A stretch of 64,000 nucleotides of DNA from Macrostomum lignano (lineage: Eukaryota). The stretch covers positions 166,446 to 230,445 of the forward strand of contig NIVC01001564.1 of the NCBI GenBank assembly GCA_002269645.1, in the 5' to 3' direction. Both the position numbers and the translations under genes were made by a program. Below are positions 23,818-35,247 of the stretch, one piece after another (the first letter of the stretch is position 1; every line of letters starts with the position of its first letter). A model generated the notes under the pieces. It was not told the DNA's origin, made no database searches, and saw nothing but the letters and a program-made list of their open reading frames with translations.

Positions 23818-25200
23818 TTGAGGTTCGTGGAGTGGGAGAAGGAGCTGATGTTTATTGATTTGCCTATGAATCGGAAGAAGTTTATTCTCGATGGTGTCGC
23901 GTATGGTTTTCGTACAACTAACAAAAGTGTTTCTGACTGCAAGCCAATTGATAATAACAACTACCATCTGTCCTTGTTCATTTCGAGGCTGTCGAAAAGC
24001 AGATTAAGAAGGAGCTCGGGTGTGGCAGGTATCGCGAGTGCCCGACCGGCTGGCGTCCGCAAGTGGTCAGTGCTCTCGGAGCCCTGCCCTAGGTTAGTTT
24101 GCCGTGTGCGCCTGATTCACGACTGCAGTCGGCCTGTGAATAACTCTGTAAACTCTAGATGGGTCAGCCAGGAGAGGCTGCGGTTCACGTGCGCCGACAA
24201 CTTTGCGAGAAAGCTGTCCAGAGGCTGCTTTATGACTAAGGTGGATCTCAGAGAAGCATACCGCGCCTGTGGTGTTCTACCCGATGATTTCAGTCAGACA
24301 GGGATTAAGTTCCGCTTCGGCGAGTCCAAGGCAGCCACCTACATGTACGACACCCGCTTGCCGTTCGGTACCGCCGCCATTGTTACCTGTTTTCACCATC
24401 TTTGCAACGCTGTGCAATAAATGATGGTGCCTGTTGACGCGGCTGGGCTTCACCGTGAACTGGGCAAAGTGTCAGGCACCAACTCAGCGTATGATTTTCC
24501 TTAGTGTCGAGTTCGATACGGTGGCCGGCATCAAGAGGTTGCCCGATGAGAAAGCGAGGAACCTGGCTGAGTTGGCTTTGCAACGCTTGATTGGCAAGCT
24601 TGGCTGGGCAGCGCAAGTGATTTGCAAAGGGAAAACCTTTCTGCGTGATCTGATTGAAGTGTGCAACGCTATGCGACCTGACGAGAGAATTAAAGTCAGC
24701 CTACAGTTATGTGACCAATTCAGCTGGTGGATTGTGGCGCTGGAGTCAGCCTGGTGGGTGGAGCTCTGGCCCGTCTTCAAGAACCATGAACTGCAATCGA
24801 GTCTGATGCGTGTAGAAGAGGCAGGGCAGCGGTGCTTCGAAGGTCGGATGGCAGTTGCGACTGGTGCTACGTCAATTGGAGCCAGGACGCGGCCGGAGTG
24901 TTCGCTGATCTGCCCATCAACTATAAAGAGGCGGTGGCTCTTCTGCTGTCAATCCTGCGCTGGAGGGCTCTAATGTAAGCGTTTATTGTTATGACATGGC
25001 GGCGTGCCATACTATAAACAATGGAACTTCGAAGTGTCCCGTTGTGTATAGGTTACTAGCTGCAGACGATTGCGATGATGTCCTTACGACATGGTCTAAG
25101 TGTGCGAGCCTTTCATGTGCCGGGAGAGTTTCAAATTCTCGTTGATGCAGCGTCTCGGTTGCACGAGAGCAGTCAGTTGATTATTTTTTCTTTCGCTGCT
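23818..25200 (+). pseudogene. Ngaro RT-RNase H (fragmented)
   Basis: RLIHDCSRP, KVDLREAYR, DTRLPFG, LGFTVNWAKC..PTQRMIFL, LIGKLGWAAQVI..GKTFLR and VRAFHVPGEFQILVDAASR. Confidence 0.85.
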
Positions 25201-25289
25201 ATGTCTACTTGTGCCCGCTTGCTTTGCAATCAATGTACCGGCATGCTTTCTGCCCTGCCTCTGCCCACTTTCTTCATTTTCAGGCCGTC

Positions 25290-26150
25290 CAGATGCGCCA
25301 GACTTTCTCAGCCGCCGGGCCGCGTCGCTGCTAGGCGTCTCCTTTGCACCATGGTCGAGACAGGCGGTGGCAAGGCACATCCGTGAGTGGCAAGCTTACT
25401 GCAACCAGATCAGCTGCAGTCCTGTATCCTGTCCGCTGAACAGCCTGCTCGACTACCTGGCCAGCCTAGTCGGGACGCGTTTGCGTGCGTACGGCAGCGT
25501 TGCTTCTGTCGCCAGCTCCCTGTCCGTATGGTTTCGCGTCAACTCTGCAACAGATCTGACAAAGCATGCCGCCACCACTCTCCTCCTGCGAGGTGCCAAG
25601 CGAGGTGTCGCTGATCATGTTGCGGGAGATTCATCAGCGAGTCAGTAGTTCTGAAAGTTTTCAGCTTGCATATGCTGGGAAGTCACATCTGCTGTTGGTG
25701 GGACATGCTTCGAAAATCTAGTGTGCTGCCAGCTTCGGGAAAAGGTCCGGCACGTGAGCGCTGCGCTGACATCCTTCGACATCCGCGAGGTCTGATCTTG
25801 CGCCTGGAGCACGGAAAGACTCTCCAGTAGTTCAAAGAACGAGTACACCAGGCGCTTCGATCTACCGAGGCTAGCGAGGCGGACGTCGCTGTGCCCGGTG
25901 TTGACAATCGAGCAGCACGCAAGATTCAATAATCTGCAATCGTCGGATGCACCCCTTTTCACTTATCGCGACGCCGGAGGCAACCAGCGGCTGCTGACGG
26001 GCAGGCAACTCAATGGGGCCTCGGTGTTGTGGGTGTGCCGGTGCCTGACATCATGAGGATCGGGGACTGGAAGAGTGACGCAGTGCAGTGGTACAATGTA
26101 TCTCCCGCAGTCGCAGCAGGGCTTGCAGGCGGCTTACTTCGCGTTTGCTA
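25290..26150 (+). pseudogene. Ngaro tyrosine recombinase (fragmented)
   Basis: N-domain SFAPWSRQAVARHIREWQAYC...LLLRGAKR and C-terminal IMRIGDWKSDAVQWY. Confidence 0.8.
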
Positions 26151-28065
26151 GTGGTGTAGGAACTCTCATTTGACGGTTGACCTTGAGCTTTTCTAAATTC
26201 CTTTTTTCTTTTGCTCGCTTTCTCTCCGCTTCGTTGCTTTGGCTTTGGAGGTTTCCGCTGCTGCTTTCGATCGCTTTCGCCAACGTCGCGTCTTTGTATT
26301 TGCTTTGGGGGGGGCACTAAACATATATATACATGGAATCAGTCAGCCTCTCCCTATAAACTCCTGACCCCTGAGCGTCCCACAGATCGCTTTAGATGGC
26401 AACGCGCGGCTGCATCAAATGGGCATTTGGAGAAGATTTTAATGAGAGGAGTGTTTATTAAGAACTTTAATGGGTAGGGCGGGAATAAGGCATTTTTTAA
26501 AAACATTAATCGGAAGCTTTCGGGCATCAGTGTATACAGTATAGTAACTAATCGCGTTTATTTAGCTACCGCTCTGGCCTCCCCATCTCCTGACAAATGG
26601 TCAGCCACCAGGTAGCATAGATGTGGCGAGCAGCAGAGTCTGATATGTAATTAAGAGAAGACCGCGAGAAACAAGGAGAGAGAATTGAAGAGGTAAAGAA
26701 ATTAGCTTTTCCAGAGACCGCTAACCAAATTCCCTGTGAACTGGCACCAAGCCATGCGGCCGTCTAGAAATCGAACTACCGATTAGAAGCGCGGCTCTGA
26801 ACTGACCTGCCAAGTGGTGTCTTTTCTGTCAATATTGAAGGCACACTATTGAAGTAAGCCGATAAAAACGTTTGCAGGTAATACGAGCATACTTGGAAAG
26901 TAGGAATTGACTAAACGTGACATTATACTTGGAAAATTGCACTTGTTTGTAATAATTAGTTCAATTGATTCAATGCAGGTACATGTAATCGACTGCTCAC
27001 CACGGACTACTGAATTAAAATATATTGATCAGATTTTCCTTCTCACTAAACTCACTAATATACACTGATTTATACAATGCTAACTACGAGCGATTTTACA
27101 TTAGATGCAAGGAAAGTATACAACACTCACTACTCCGATAGCAGCTGACACTGCATCACCTAACAGCTACGCATATATACTCGTAATTGCGCTTACCGTA
27201 TGTACATGTATATCTGAGATACTTGAGATTAAAATGTAAGTGTAAATAGGCATTACAGTAATGTAACTATATACATGTAATTGTCATTTATAAGCCTAAG
27301 TAACTTTGCGGATATTGACTAGCTAATCAAGTATAGCGCCAGAGATAAAAATAAAAAATGTCCGCATAGCCCATCCGTAAGCAAATCAAATATTTATTAG
27401 CAACATTTCAATTACTAGTATCGAATGCAATGTTATTATGATTTATGTAAATAACCAAGGCATATACTCGTACAGCAAACTAAATTATGATTTTTTTGTC
27501 TGTTCATGTCTTTTTTAGTAGATAACACAATAGCACCATAGGAGAAGTAGGTAAGTTTATTACTTTAGTTTTCATACCAGACAAAGAGTACACAAGTGAA
27601 AGGAAACTAAGTAAGTAATTTGAAGGAAAAGCATGAATAAATTTGTACAGCAATGCTACCCATTTAACCATAACAATGTCCGAAAATAAATCAAGTTTTT
27701 TAACGACCTGCTGTCTTGCTGGAAACCCAATGGACACCGCTTTTATCTGTAATTCTGAATTTTGAGTGTAATAGCGAATCACTGCTATCTTCAATAATAA
27801 ATAATGATTAACGAAGCATACGAGTATACAACGATAAATGTTGATGTATAATGAAATAAGTTCCGGAATAAGACGCCATGCAAAGCTGAAGTAAGTAATT
27901 AATTAAACTAGCATTAGCAAATCAAACAGAAGAATAATGAATTATACACATAGTAAAATTTAAAAGTATGACAAATCTACTAGAAATTTAACTAAAGAAA
28001 GCATTATTTGATACGAGTAGCCAATCGTCGGCATAATGTTGGATAAAGCCTGACTAAACAATAGG

Positions 28066-29715
28066 CTACTTCCTCCTGCCCCTGCGCCCCTGACTGCTCT
28101 CGCCATCCACGGCTACGTCAACCTCCAGGTAGAAGCTGTCATTCTTGACGAACCGGTCCGAGTTCTCGAACTGGCTGATGCTCATGAACTTGGCTTCACC
28201 GCAGCACACCGACAGGTCCTCCCGGCCAGACGGTCTCTGATTGCCCGAGTCGAATCTCACGGTCTTGGCCACATCGTCAGCGCGATTCTTCAGGTTGACC
28301 ATCTTGAAGGAGACGCTCGCCTTCAGCGGCCACTCCTGGATGTCATCGAACTCGTGCTGCATGAGCACCAGGTACACCGACACGTGAGTTCCTTCTCCGG
28401 ACTCGTTGCCGTTGAGGAACAGGCGAACTCTGAACATGAAGCCGAAATGGCGAGTAAAGAAGGGCTGGGAGAAAATGCTGATCACCCGCTTGTCGATGGC
28501 CTCCCGCCGCCTTTTGGTGAGGTTGCTCACCTTCCACACCAGAAACCCGTCATAGTTCGTGCTTTCAAGATTCAGCAGTCGGAACTCGATCTCATTCAGC
28601 TTCTGCTGCACAAATGAAGAGTTCGAGTCCAGCATCATTGCATCCTGGTCGACTCCAGTCCGTCGCCCTGTCTCAACTCCCGAGCTGTCCATCTGTCTGA
28701 TTTTCTCATCCAAATTCTTCAAGAACTGTCGCATCTGCGAGATGCCCCCGAATTTGTCAGCCATCTGCTCAAACTCAAGCGTGGTGTGAGCCCAGTTGGC
28801 TACGTTCACCTGCAGCTTCTTGAAGTGGTCATGAATGTTGGCCACCTTCCGCTTCACCTCCTCCACCTCTCCGGAGCCTCCGGCGGGAACGACGGTGGCT
28901 GCAGCAGTCGCAGCAGTCGGTGGTGCAAAGCTCGAACCGGACGCCACCTGCCTCAGCTTCGAGTCCAGCAGCGTCAAATGGTGGTCGACTTCGTCTCTGT
29001 AGTGCTTCTCAAGGTCCGACTTTCTGGCTTTTCTCTCGCAGCCCAGGTGGCTGTACTTGCACTCGTTCGGTTTGTCTGGACAAGTTTTTAGGTGTTCAAC
29101 AAAGTCCTTGCGGTTCAGCTTCCTGGACTTGTCCTTGCAGAACGGACAGTAGTCTGTGTATCTCGGACAGCATGTGGCCGAGTCCAGGTTCCTGTGGCTC
29201 TTCTCCATCTCGCTGTGCACCACCGACTGCTGGCACAAACCGCAGGTCACCCGTCGTTGCCGACACTCGTCACTGAGGTGGGACTTGAGTCTTTTCTTCA
29301 GTATCGAGTCCCGGCACAACTCGCAGCTGACCTTCTCGTATTCGCACTTTTCCAGGTGAGTGTCCACCTCCCTCCACTTCATCTGGTCCTTACAGCCTCC
29401 GTCCCGGTTGGGGCAGAACACGGTCAGCTTGCTGATCTCCCGTCTCGTGGCGATGTCGGGCACGCAGCTGGACTGGCAGATGCGGATCTCCTCATCCTCA
29501 TCCTTGCAGGCCTCGGTGGTTCCGGGGCAGAGGCGCCTCTCGGTGGGGTGCAGCTTGGCCTGCACGCAGGACTGGCAGATGCGGCAGCCGTGAGGAGTCT
29601 GGAAGGCGTTGAACACCGGCTTGGAGCAGCTGTTGCAGCGCAGATGGGGCGGCACGGCTTTCTCGTCAGCCGGCTGGGCCAGCGAAGCCTTCTCGGACAG
29701 TCCGGGGGTCGACAT
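28066..29715 (-). CDS. TRAF: TNF receptor-associated factor (TRAF2/3/5-like): variant RING, TRAF zinc fingers, coiled coil, MATH/TRAF-C domain; intronless, 549 aa
   Basis: RING with TRAF spacing; RREISKLTVFCPNRDGGC and CELC/CGLC/CPFC zinc fingers; YDGFLVWKV, SIFSQPFFT, LFLNGNESGEGTHVSVYLVLM..EFDD..EWP and FVKNDSFYL MATH motifs. Uninterrupted ORF with GC-rich third positions. Confidence 0.95.
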   Translation of the reverse strand: MSTPGLSEKASLAQPADEKAVPPHLRCNSCSKPVFNAFQTPHGCRICQSCVQAKLHPTERRLCPGTTEACKDEDEEIRICQSSCVPDIATRREISKLTVFCPNRDGGCKDQMKWREVDTHLEKCEYEKVSCELCRDSILKKRLKSHLSDECRQRRVTCGLCQQSVVHSEMEKSHRNLDSATCCPRYTDYCPFCKDKSRKLNRKDFVEHLKTCPDKPNECKYSHLGCERKARKSDLEKHYRDEVDHHLTLLDSKLRQVASGSSFAPPTAATAAATVVPAGGSGEVEEVKRKVANIHDHFKKLQVNVANWAHTTLEFEQMADKFGGISQMRQFLKNLDEKIRQMDSSGVETGRRTGVDQDAMMLDSNSSFVQQKLNEIEFRLLNLESTNYDGFLVWKVSNLTKRRREAIDKRVISIFSQPFFTRHFGFMFRVRLFLNGNESGEGTHVSVYLVLMQHEFDDIQEWPLKASVSFKMVNLKNRADDVAKTVRFDSGNQRPSGREDLSVCCGEAKFMSISQFENSDRFVKNDSFYLEVDVAVDGESSQGRRGRRK

Positions 29716-31801
29716 TGGCAGCTGGAGAGCGGAGAAGCCGTGGAATTGACTTGGATTTTCCGAAATGAGTTGAGAATTTCATGAAGATTTCAAGCAAAAC
29801 GTTTTAGTTTAGTCTGATAAGGAACATTGAGAATGAATAAATTTATTTGCTAGGTAGTACCTAGTTCTAGTAGGTAGTACCTTGTAGGATTTGTGCATAA
29901 ACGCATTTGCGCATTCGAAATTGCTTGGATTTATAGAAGATTACGAGAAACCATTTTTAGTATATGGAATATTCATATATTGATATATTTTTGTTCGAAA
30001 GTAGAAATAACGCAATAACAATAGATCAACTACTTTTATTTTGAGCTATTGCATCCTAAACAACTGTACTTGATACGAACTGGAAAGAAATACAGCAACT
30101 AGAATAGGAATACAGTGTTGAAGAGTGTACTTGTTCATGCCTATAAATAGCACTTCCACACTAAATGTACACATGCACACGAAGATTCCCCGGGGCAGCC
30201 ACGGAATGGCCTTGGAATGGCCACGGAATGTTCACGGTTAGTCCTTGGGAGTCCCTAGACGAAAAAATGGACTGATATATTTAGATCTTACGACACTTGC
30301 TCCCATTTTAGAAATGCCTTTGCGAAAACATTTTACATTTGTATTATTTTGAGATGTTGTAAAGTTACATTTTTAAAGTAGCATACATCGTAAAACTAGT
30401 TTGCTTAAGTAGAAGAATTTGCATTACTGCGACAGTCCTAAAAATCTACCAAATTTGTTGGATTTTAACGGTGGTGGCTATCACCAAAGAAACAGGGGCA
30501 AGGGTAGGGAGCGCAATTTCCCCGAAAAATGAATTTGGACAACCCTATTAAATTTATAGCAGTCACTGGTTCTTTTTTAATATCGATTCAAAAAATGGCA
30601 ATGGTAGTTCTATCTATATCTATTCCTCAATTTTTATACCTGCAGTTACCAAATTACCTCACACCTGGCTGAAGTAGCCTATACCGTAGGGGATAAAATT
30701 TGCTGCTAAAAAACGAACAAATTACCATGGAGAGGTATGATTCTTACCTTTTGAAAATACCATTGTTGCAATTTCAACAAATTTGAAAAAAATTCTATTG
30801 GTCTCAGAAAGCGTGATGGGGTTGAGATTGTGCTTTTCTCAAATCGCTTTTTGGTTCACCTATTATTTCAGTCTTTGCAGCATTCTTTTATAAGCAAGCA
30901 CAAAGTTTCTGGTTTGCCCATGGTTTTACCACGGGCAATCCTACGACAATCCTCCTTCCTACAGCTGAAGCAAGACAAAGCAAGTACAGAATGCTGAAGC
31001 TGACAGAAAAACCTTAAACTTGCTATTGCTTTTAAAAGGGTGGGATTTACCCGATTGTCAATTGTCGAAAATTAGGAATCAAAGTACGTATAATTTAAAA
31101 TTCTGGAATTAGTATTGAGGAAGTATATTTCGTTGTAGTAAAAGTACACAGCTTTTATGGTTTGTTTTGAAGACAAATTAAAGCTAAAGCAGCAGATCTA
31201 CTCGTACAACTGTATATCTGCATATCAGCATTTTCTTCAAAGTTTGAAAAGATATTGAAGTCGAGTAGAATGTAACTCTTAACTTCCAGAATAAATTAAT
31301 TATGATTCAATAATGTAGTGGAATGCGAAACGCGCTAAAAAGTTTCTTCTCAACAACGTCAAAAGCTACTGAATAATAGTGATAATTTTCTAATGCATAT
31401 CACAGCAAACACACGATGGTCTACAAACGCTAGAAGCTTCTTTAGGTTTTTTGAAAGACCCAAATAATGCAAGTTGGAAAACAAAAAAAAAATTGTCTCA
31501 ATATCTATATAGTGTCTTCATTGAGAAGTTGGCACTGGTTATGGAACACATTATTAGTTATAAAAATAATAAAATGGCGGTTATGTAGAACTGTGGCCAA
31601 AAATACTAAAATACATAAAACGAACTGTTCAACAGTGATGAAACTAGCATAAAAGTATAAATCACCAATATAAATGTAATAGATATGAATTAAAGTTTTG
31701 ATTTTATGAAACAAAAGCTATTAAATGTGTTAATTATACTCAGCGAGTTACTGTTTAAGTGCACTGCACTTTTAAGTGTCATGACTACTTTCCAATACTT
31801 T

Positions 31802-32423
31802 TCCTCAGACTGATCTAGGCTTACAGCTACTCCTTCAGGTCTTTGTCCTCAGCCTGATCTAGGCTCACAGCTACTCCTTTAGGTCTTTGTCCTCAGCCTG
31901 ATCTAGGCTCACAGCTACTCCTTCAGGTCTTTGTCCTCAGCCTGATCTAGGCTCACAGCTACTCCTTTAGGTCTTTGTCCTCAGCCTGATCTAGGCTCAC
32001 AGCTACTCCTTTAGGTCTTTGTCCTCAGCCTGATCTAGGCTCACAGCTACTCCTTCAGGTCTTTGTCCTCAGCCTGATCTAGGCTCACAGCTACTCCTTT
32101 AGGTCTTTGTCCTCAGCCTGATCTAGGCTCACAGCTACTCCTTTAGGTCTTTGTCCTCAGCCTGATCTAGGCTCACAGCTACTCCTTCAGGTCTTTGTCC
32201 TCAGCCTGATCTAGGCTCACAGCTACTCCTTTAGGTCTTTGTCCTCAGCCTGATCTAGGCTCACAGCTACTCCTTCAGGTCTTTGTCCTCAGCCTGATCT
32301 AGGCTCACAGCTACTCCTTTAGGTCTTTGTCCTCAGCCTGATCTAGGCTCACAGCTACTCCTTCAGGTCTTTGTCCTCAGACTGATCTAGGCTCACAGCT
32401 ACTCCTTCAGGTCTTTGTCCTCA
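31802..32423. repeat. 44-bp minisatellite, ~14 near-identical copies
   Basis: Unit cctcagcctgatctaggctcacagctactcctt(c/t)aggtctttgt, with period 31803/31847/31891. Confidence 0.96.
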
Positions 32424-32425
32424 AC

Positions 32426-35247
32426 CTACTTGGCGCCACCATCAGCCCGCTGCCTCTGCCGCTGCCGGGCCATAAACCTGCTACCAGGCGTGTCCCGGCC
32501 GTCGGCAACGCCGCCCCAGTTACCGCCTAGCAACACGGTGGGCGTCCAACGCCTGCCCAAAGCTGTACTCGAAATAGTACGCAAGCTGACTGAAATATTA
32601 TCAGCAGGCGTTGTCAAACGCATTCGCTTAATAACGGCGTCTAATTGATCTAAAGTACAGCATAAAGTCTTTGTTGCAGAATCCGAATTAGCAACAGAGG
32701 CTTCCAATTGATCGCAGCGAAGTTTAGCTTGCAGAATTTCGCGTTCCAATTCTTCGTGGGAAACTGCAGCCAGCTCTGCTTCAGCTTGTTGCTGGGCAGC
32801 TGTAGAAGCAGCAATAGATATGCCAGACGAAAAGGGCGTAGCACTGGAATCGGCAGCAGCCATGTTGGACAGTATTCGAGCCTGCTGCTGTTCAGCCTGT
32901 TAATACGAGTTTTATTGCCGAATATTTTCAGGATTTTTAAATCTGCACCTTTAAATGTATTGAAATATTCACTCAGTTTTGAATATTCACCGGCGATTTT
33001 CTAGAGGTTGGAGAGTTGATTCTCTAGATGCCAGATGCTGATTCTCTAGATGCCAGATAGTTGATTCTCTAGATGCCAGATAGTTGATTCTCTAGATGCC
33101 AGATAGTGATTCTCTAGATGCCAGATAGTGATTCTCTAGATGCCAGATAGTTGATTCTCTAGATGCCAGATAGTGATTCTCTAGATGCCAGATAGTGATT
33201 CTCTAGATGCCAGATAGTTGATTCTCTAGATGCCAGATAGTTGATTGATTCTTTAGATGCCTAGATGCCAGATTGTGATTCTCTAGATGCCAAATAGTGA
33301 TTCTCTAGATGCCAGATTGTGATTCTCTAGATGTCAGATAGTGATTCTCTAGATGCCAGATAGTTGATTCTCTAGATGCCAGATAGTTGATTGATTCTTT
33401 AGATGCCTAGATGCCAGATTGTGATTCTCTAGATGCCAAATAGTGATTCTCTAGATGCCAGATTGTGATTCTCTAGATGTCAGATAGTTGATTCTCTAGA
33501 TGCCAGATAGTGATTCTCTAGATGCCAGATAGTTGATTCTCTAGATGCCAGATGCTGATTCTCTAGATGCCAAATAGTGATTCGCTAGATGCCAGATGCT
33601 GATTCTCTAGATGCCAAATAGTTGATTCTCTAGATGCCAGATAGTGATTCTCTAGATGCCAGATACTGACTCTCTAGATGCCAGATACTGACTCTCTAGA
33701 TGCCGGATACTGACTCTCTAGATGCCAGATACTGACTCTCTAGATGCCAGATAGTGATTTCTCTAGATGCCAGATACTGACTCTCTAGATGCCAGATAGT
33801 GATTTCTCTAGATGCCAGTTAGTTTTGATTTCTAGATTTGACCAACTTGGGCAAGCGTTAGATGATTTTCAAGATGCTGATTGCTAATCAAAGTAAAACC
33901 ATCAGTTCTCAAACCGGTTCACCCCCCATCTCTTATACTAACCAGCAGTTCGTCGCGCCGTTCCCTCAACCTGCGCATATCCGAGCGCAGCTTCTGAACT
34001 TCCGGTTCGACAGACTCCGCTAGCCGAATAGACAGCTGTTGAGTCTCAAGTTGAGTCCGACAAGTCAATCGACGCTGCTCGCTGAGCATTGATTGAGTAG
34101 ACTCCAAAGCCCGCTTCAGATTATCAATCGACTCTGAGCTGTTCGCACTGTCGCCTAGCAACCGAGTTCGATCAGCTTCTAATCTGCGACATCGAGTTTG
34201 CTCAGCGTTGACTGACTCAACAGCGTGACTGAGCTGGCGGCGAAGGCTGCCCGACTCAGAGGCCTGTGGGATTGCAAGGATTTTTGTTTATAGCTTTACT
34301 GGGGCGAATCTTAAAGCAGGGGATTAGCGATTCTTAATGTAGGGGGATTAGAGATTCTTAATGTAGGGGATTAGAGATTCTTAATGTAGGGGATTAGAGA
34401 TTCTTAATGTAGGGGATTAGAGATTCTTAATGTAGGGGGATTAGCGATTCTTAATGTAGGGGATTAGAGATTCTTAATGTAGGGGATTAGAGATTCTTAA
34501 TGTAGGGGGATTAGCGATTCTTAATGTAGGGGATTAGCGACTCTTAATGTAGGGGATTAGCAACTCTTAATGTAGGGGATTAGCAATATTTAATGTAGGG
34601 GATTAGCAATATTTAATGTAGGGGATTAGCAATATTTAATGTAGGGGATTAGCAATATTTAATGTAGGATTAGCAATATTTAATGTAGGGGATTAGCGAT
34701 ATTTAATGTAGGGGATTATAATTACAACTACTCAAAAAATAAATCATTATTTTTGATGCCAAAATATATATATATAGATTTTGTAAGACCAACCAACCTC
34801 GATTCTGAGCGTCTTCAGTTCTTGTTCAACAGACTCAGCTTTTGCCAACCGACTGTGCAGCCTCTGCAATTCGCCTCTCAGCCAGGCGGCACTGTCGACT
34901 GCAGCCATGGCCAAGGATTTCTCTCTGTCCAACTGAGACACTCGAGCTAGTTCAGCATCTGTAGCGGCCTTAACCATTGCTAAGTCGTTGTCAAGACAAT
35001 GCGCAGTCTCATTAACAATAGCTGATGACGCTTCTAGTTGGCCTAACTTGTGAGTGAGTTCACTGCAATTAGCCCGCAATGTTGCAATCTCACTGCGAAG
35101 TGATTCCACCTGGTCTAAGGAATCTAGTTGACTACTAATAACATTGGCCTGTTGAACTTGCTGAGCAATAGCAGGATGCTTGCAGCGCAGTTGCAGCAGC
35201 TGACTAGCAGCAAGTGCTGCACTTTGCTGCTGCTTTGGCTCCAGCAT
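32426..35247 (-). CDS. Three-exon coiled-coil protein of unrecognised family (~413 aa); exons 35247-34798, 34263-33943, 32896-32426
   Basis: Exon lengths 450, 321 and 471 join in phase 0 with GT/AG sites (gag|gttggt, cccacag|gcc, ctg|gttagt, ttaacag|gct) and no internal stop. Heptad-rich L/E/Q/A/R composition. The start is uncertain. A donor-like aa|gtaggt overlaps the stop, so more exons are possible. Confidence 0.7.
33016..33832. repeat. 22-23-bp intronic minisatellite
   Basis: Unit gattctctagatgccagatagt(t). Fills most of intron 2 of the coiled-coil gene. Confidence 0.95.
34315..34718. repeat. 23-24-bp intronic minisatellite
   Basis: Unit ttcttaatgtaggggattagaga. Fills most of intron 1 of the coiled-coil gene. 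Confidence 0.95.

Larger units (their letters stand above)
22821..26160 (+). mobile_element. DIRS-order (Ngaro-like) tyrosine-recombinase retrotransposon, near full coding span, decayed
   Basis: Order is gag-like (SAP motif, CCCH finger), RT, RNase H, YR. Multiple stops and frameshifts, and the YxDD region of RT is deleted. Terminal or split repeats were not identified. Confidence 0.88.

Noticed and set aside
22540-26520. Split direct repeats or inverted terminal repeats of the plus-strand Ngaro-like element
   Set aside because: I compared both flanks by eye and found no matching repeat, so DIRS versus Ngaro cannot be decided from terminal structure.
29092-29784. 230-aa plus-strand ORF antisense to TRAF, and similar antisense ORFs over the Gypsy and Ngaro regions
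   Set aside because: Shadow ORFs caused by GC-rich codon usage on the opposite strand.
29721-32430. Splice fusion of the coiled-coil gene (aa|gtaggt) to the TRAF upstream acceptor
   Set aside because: The join would be out of frame with TRAF.
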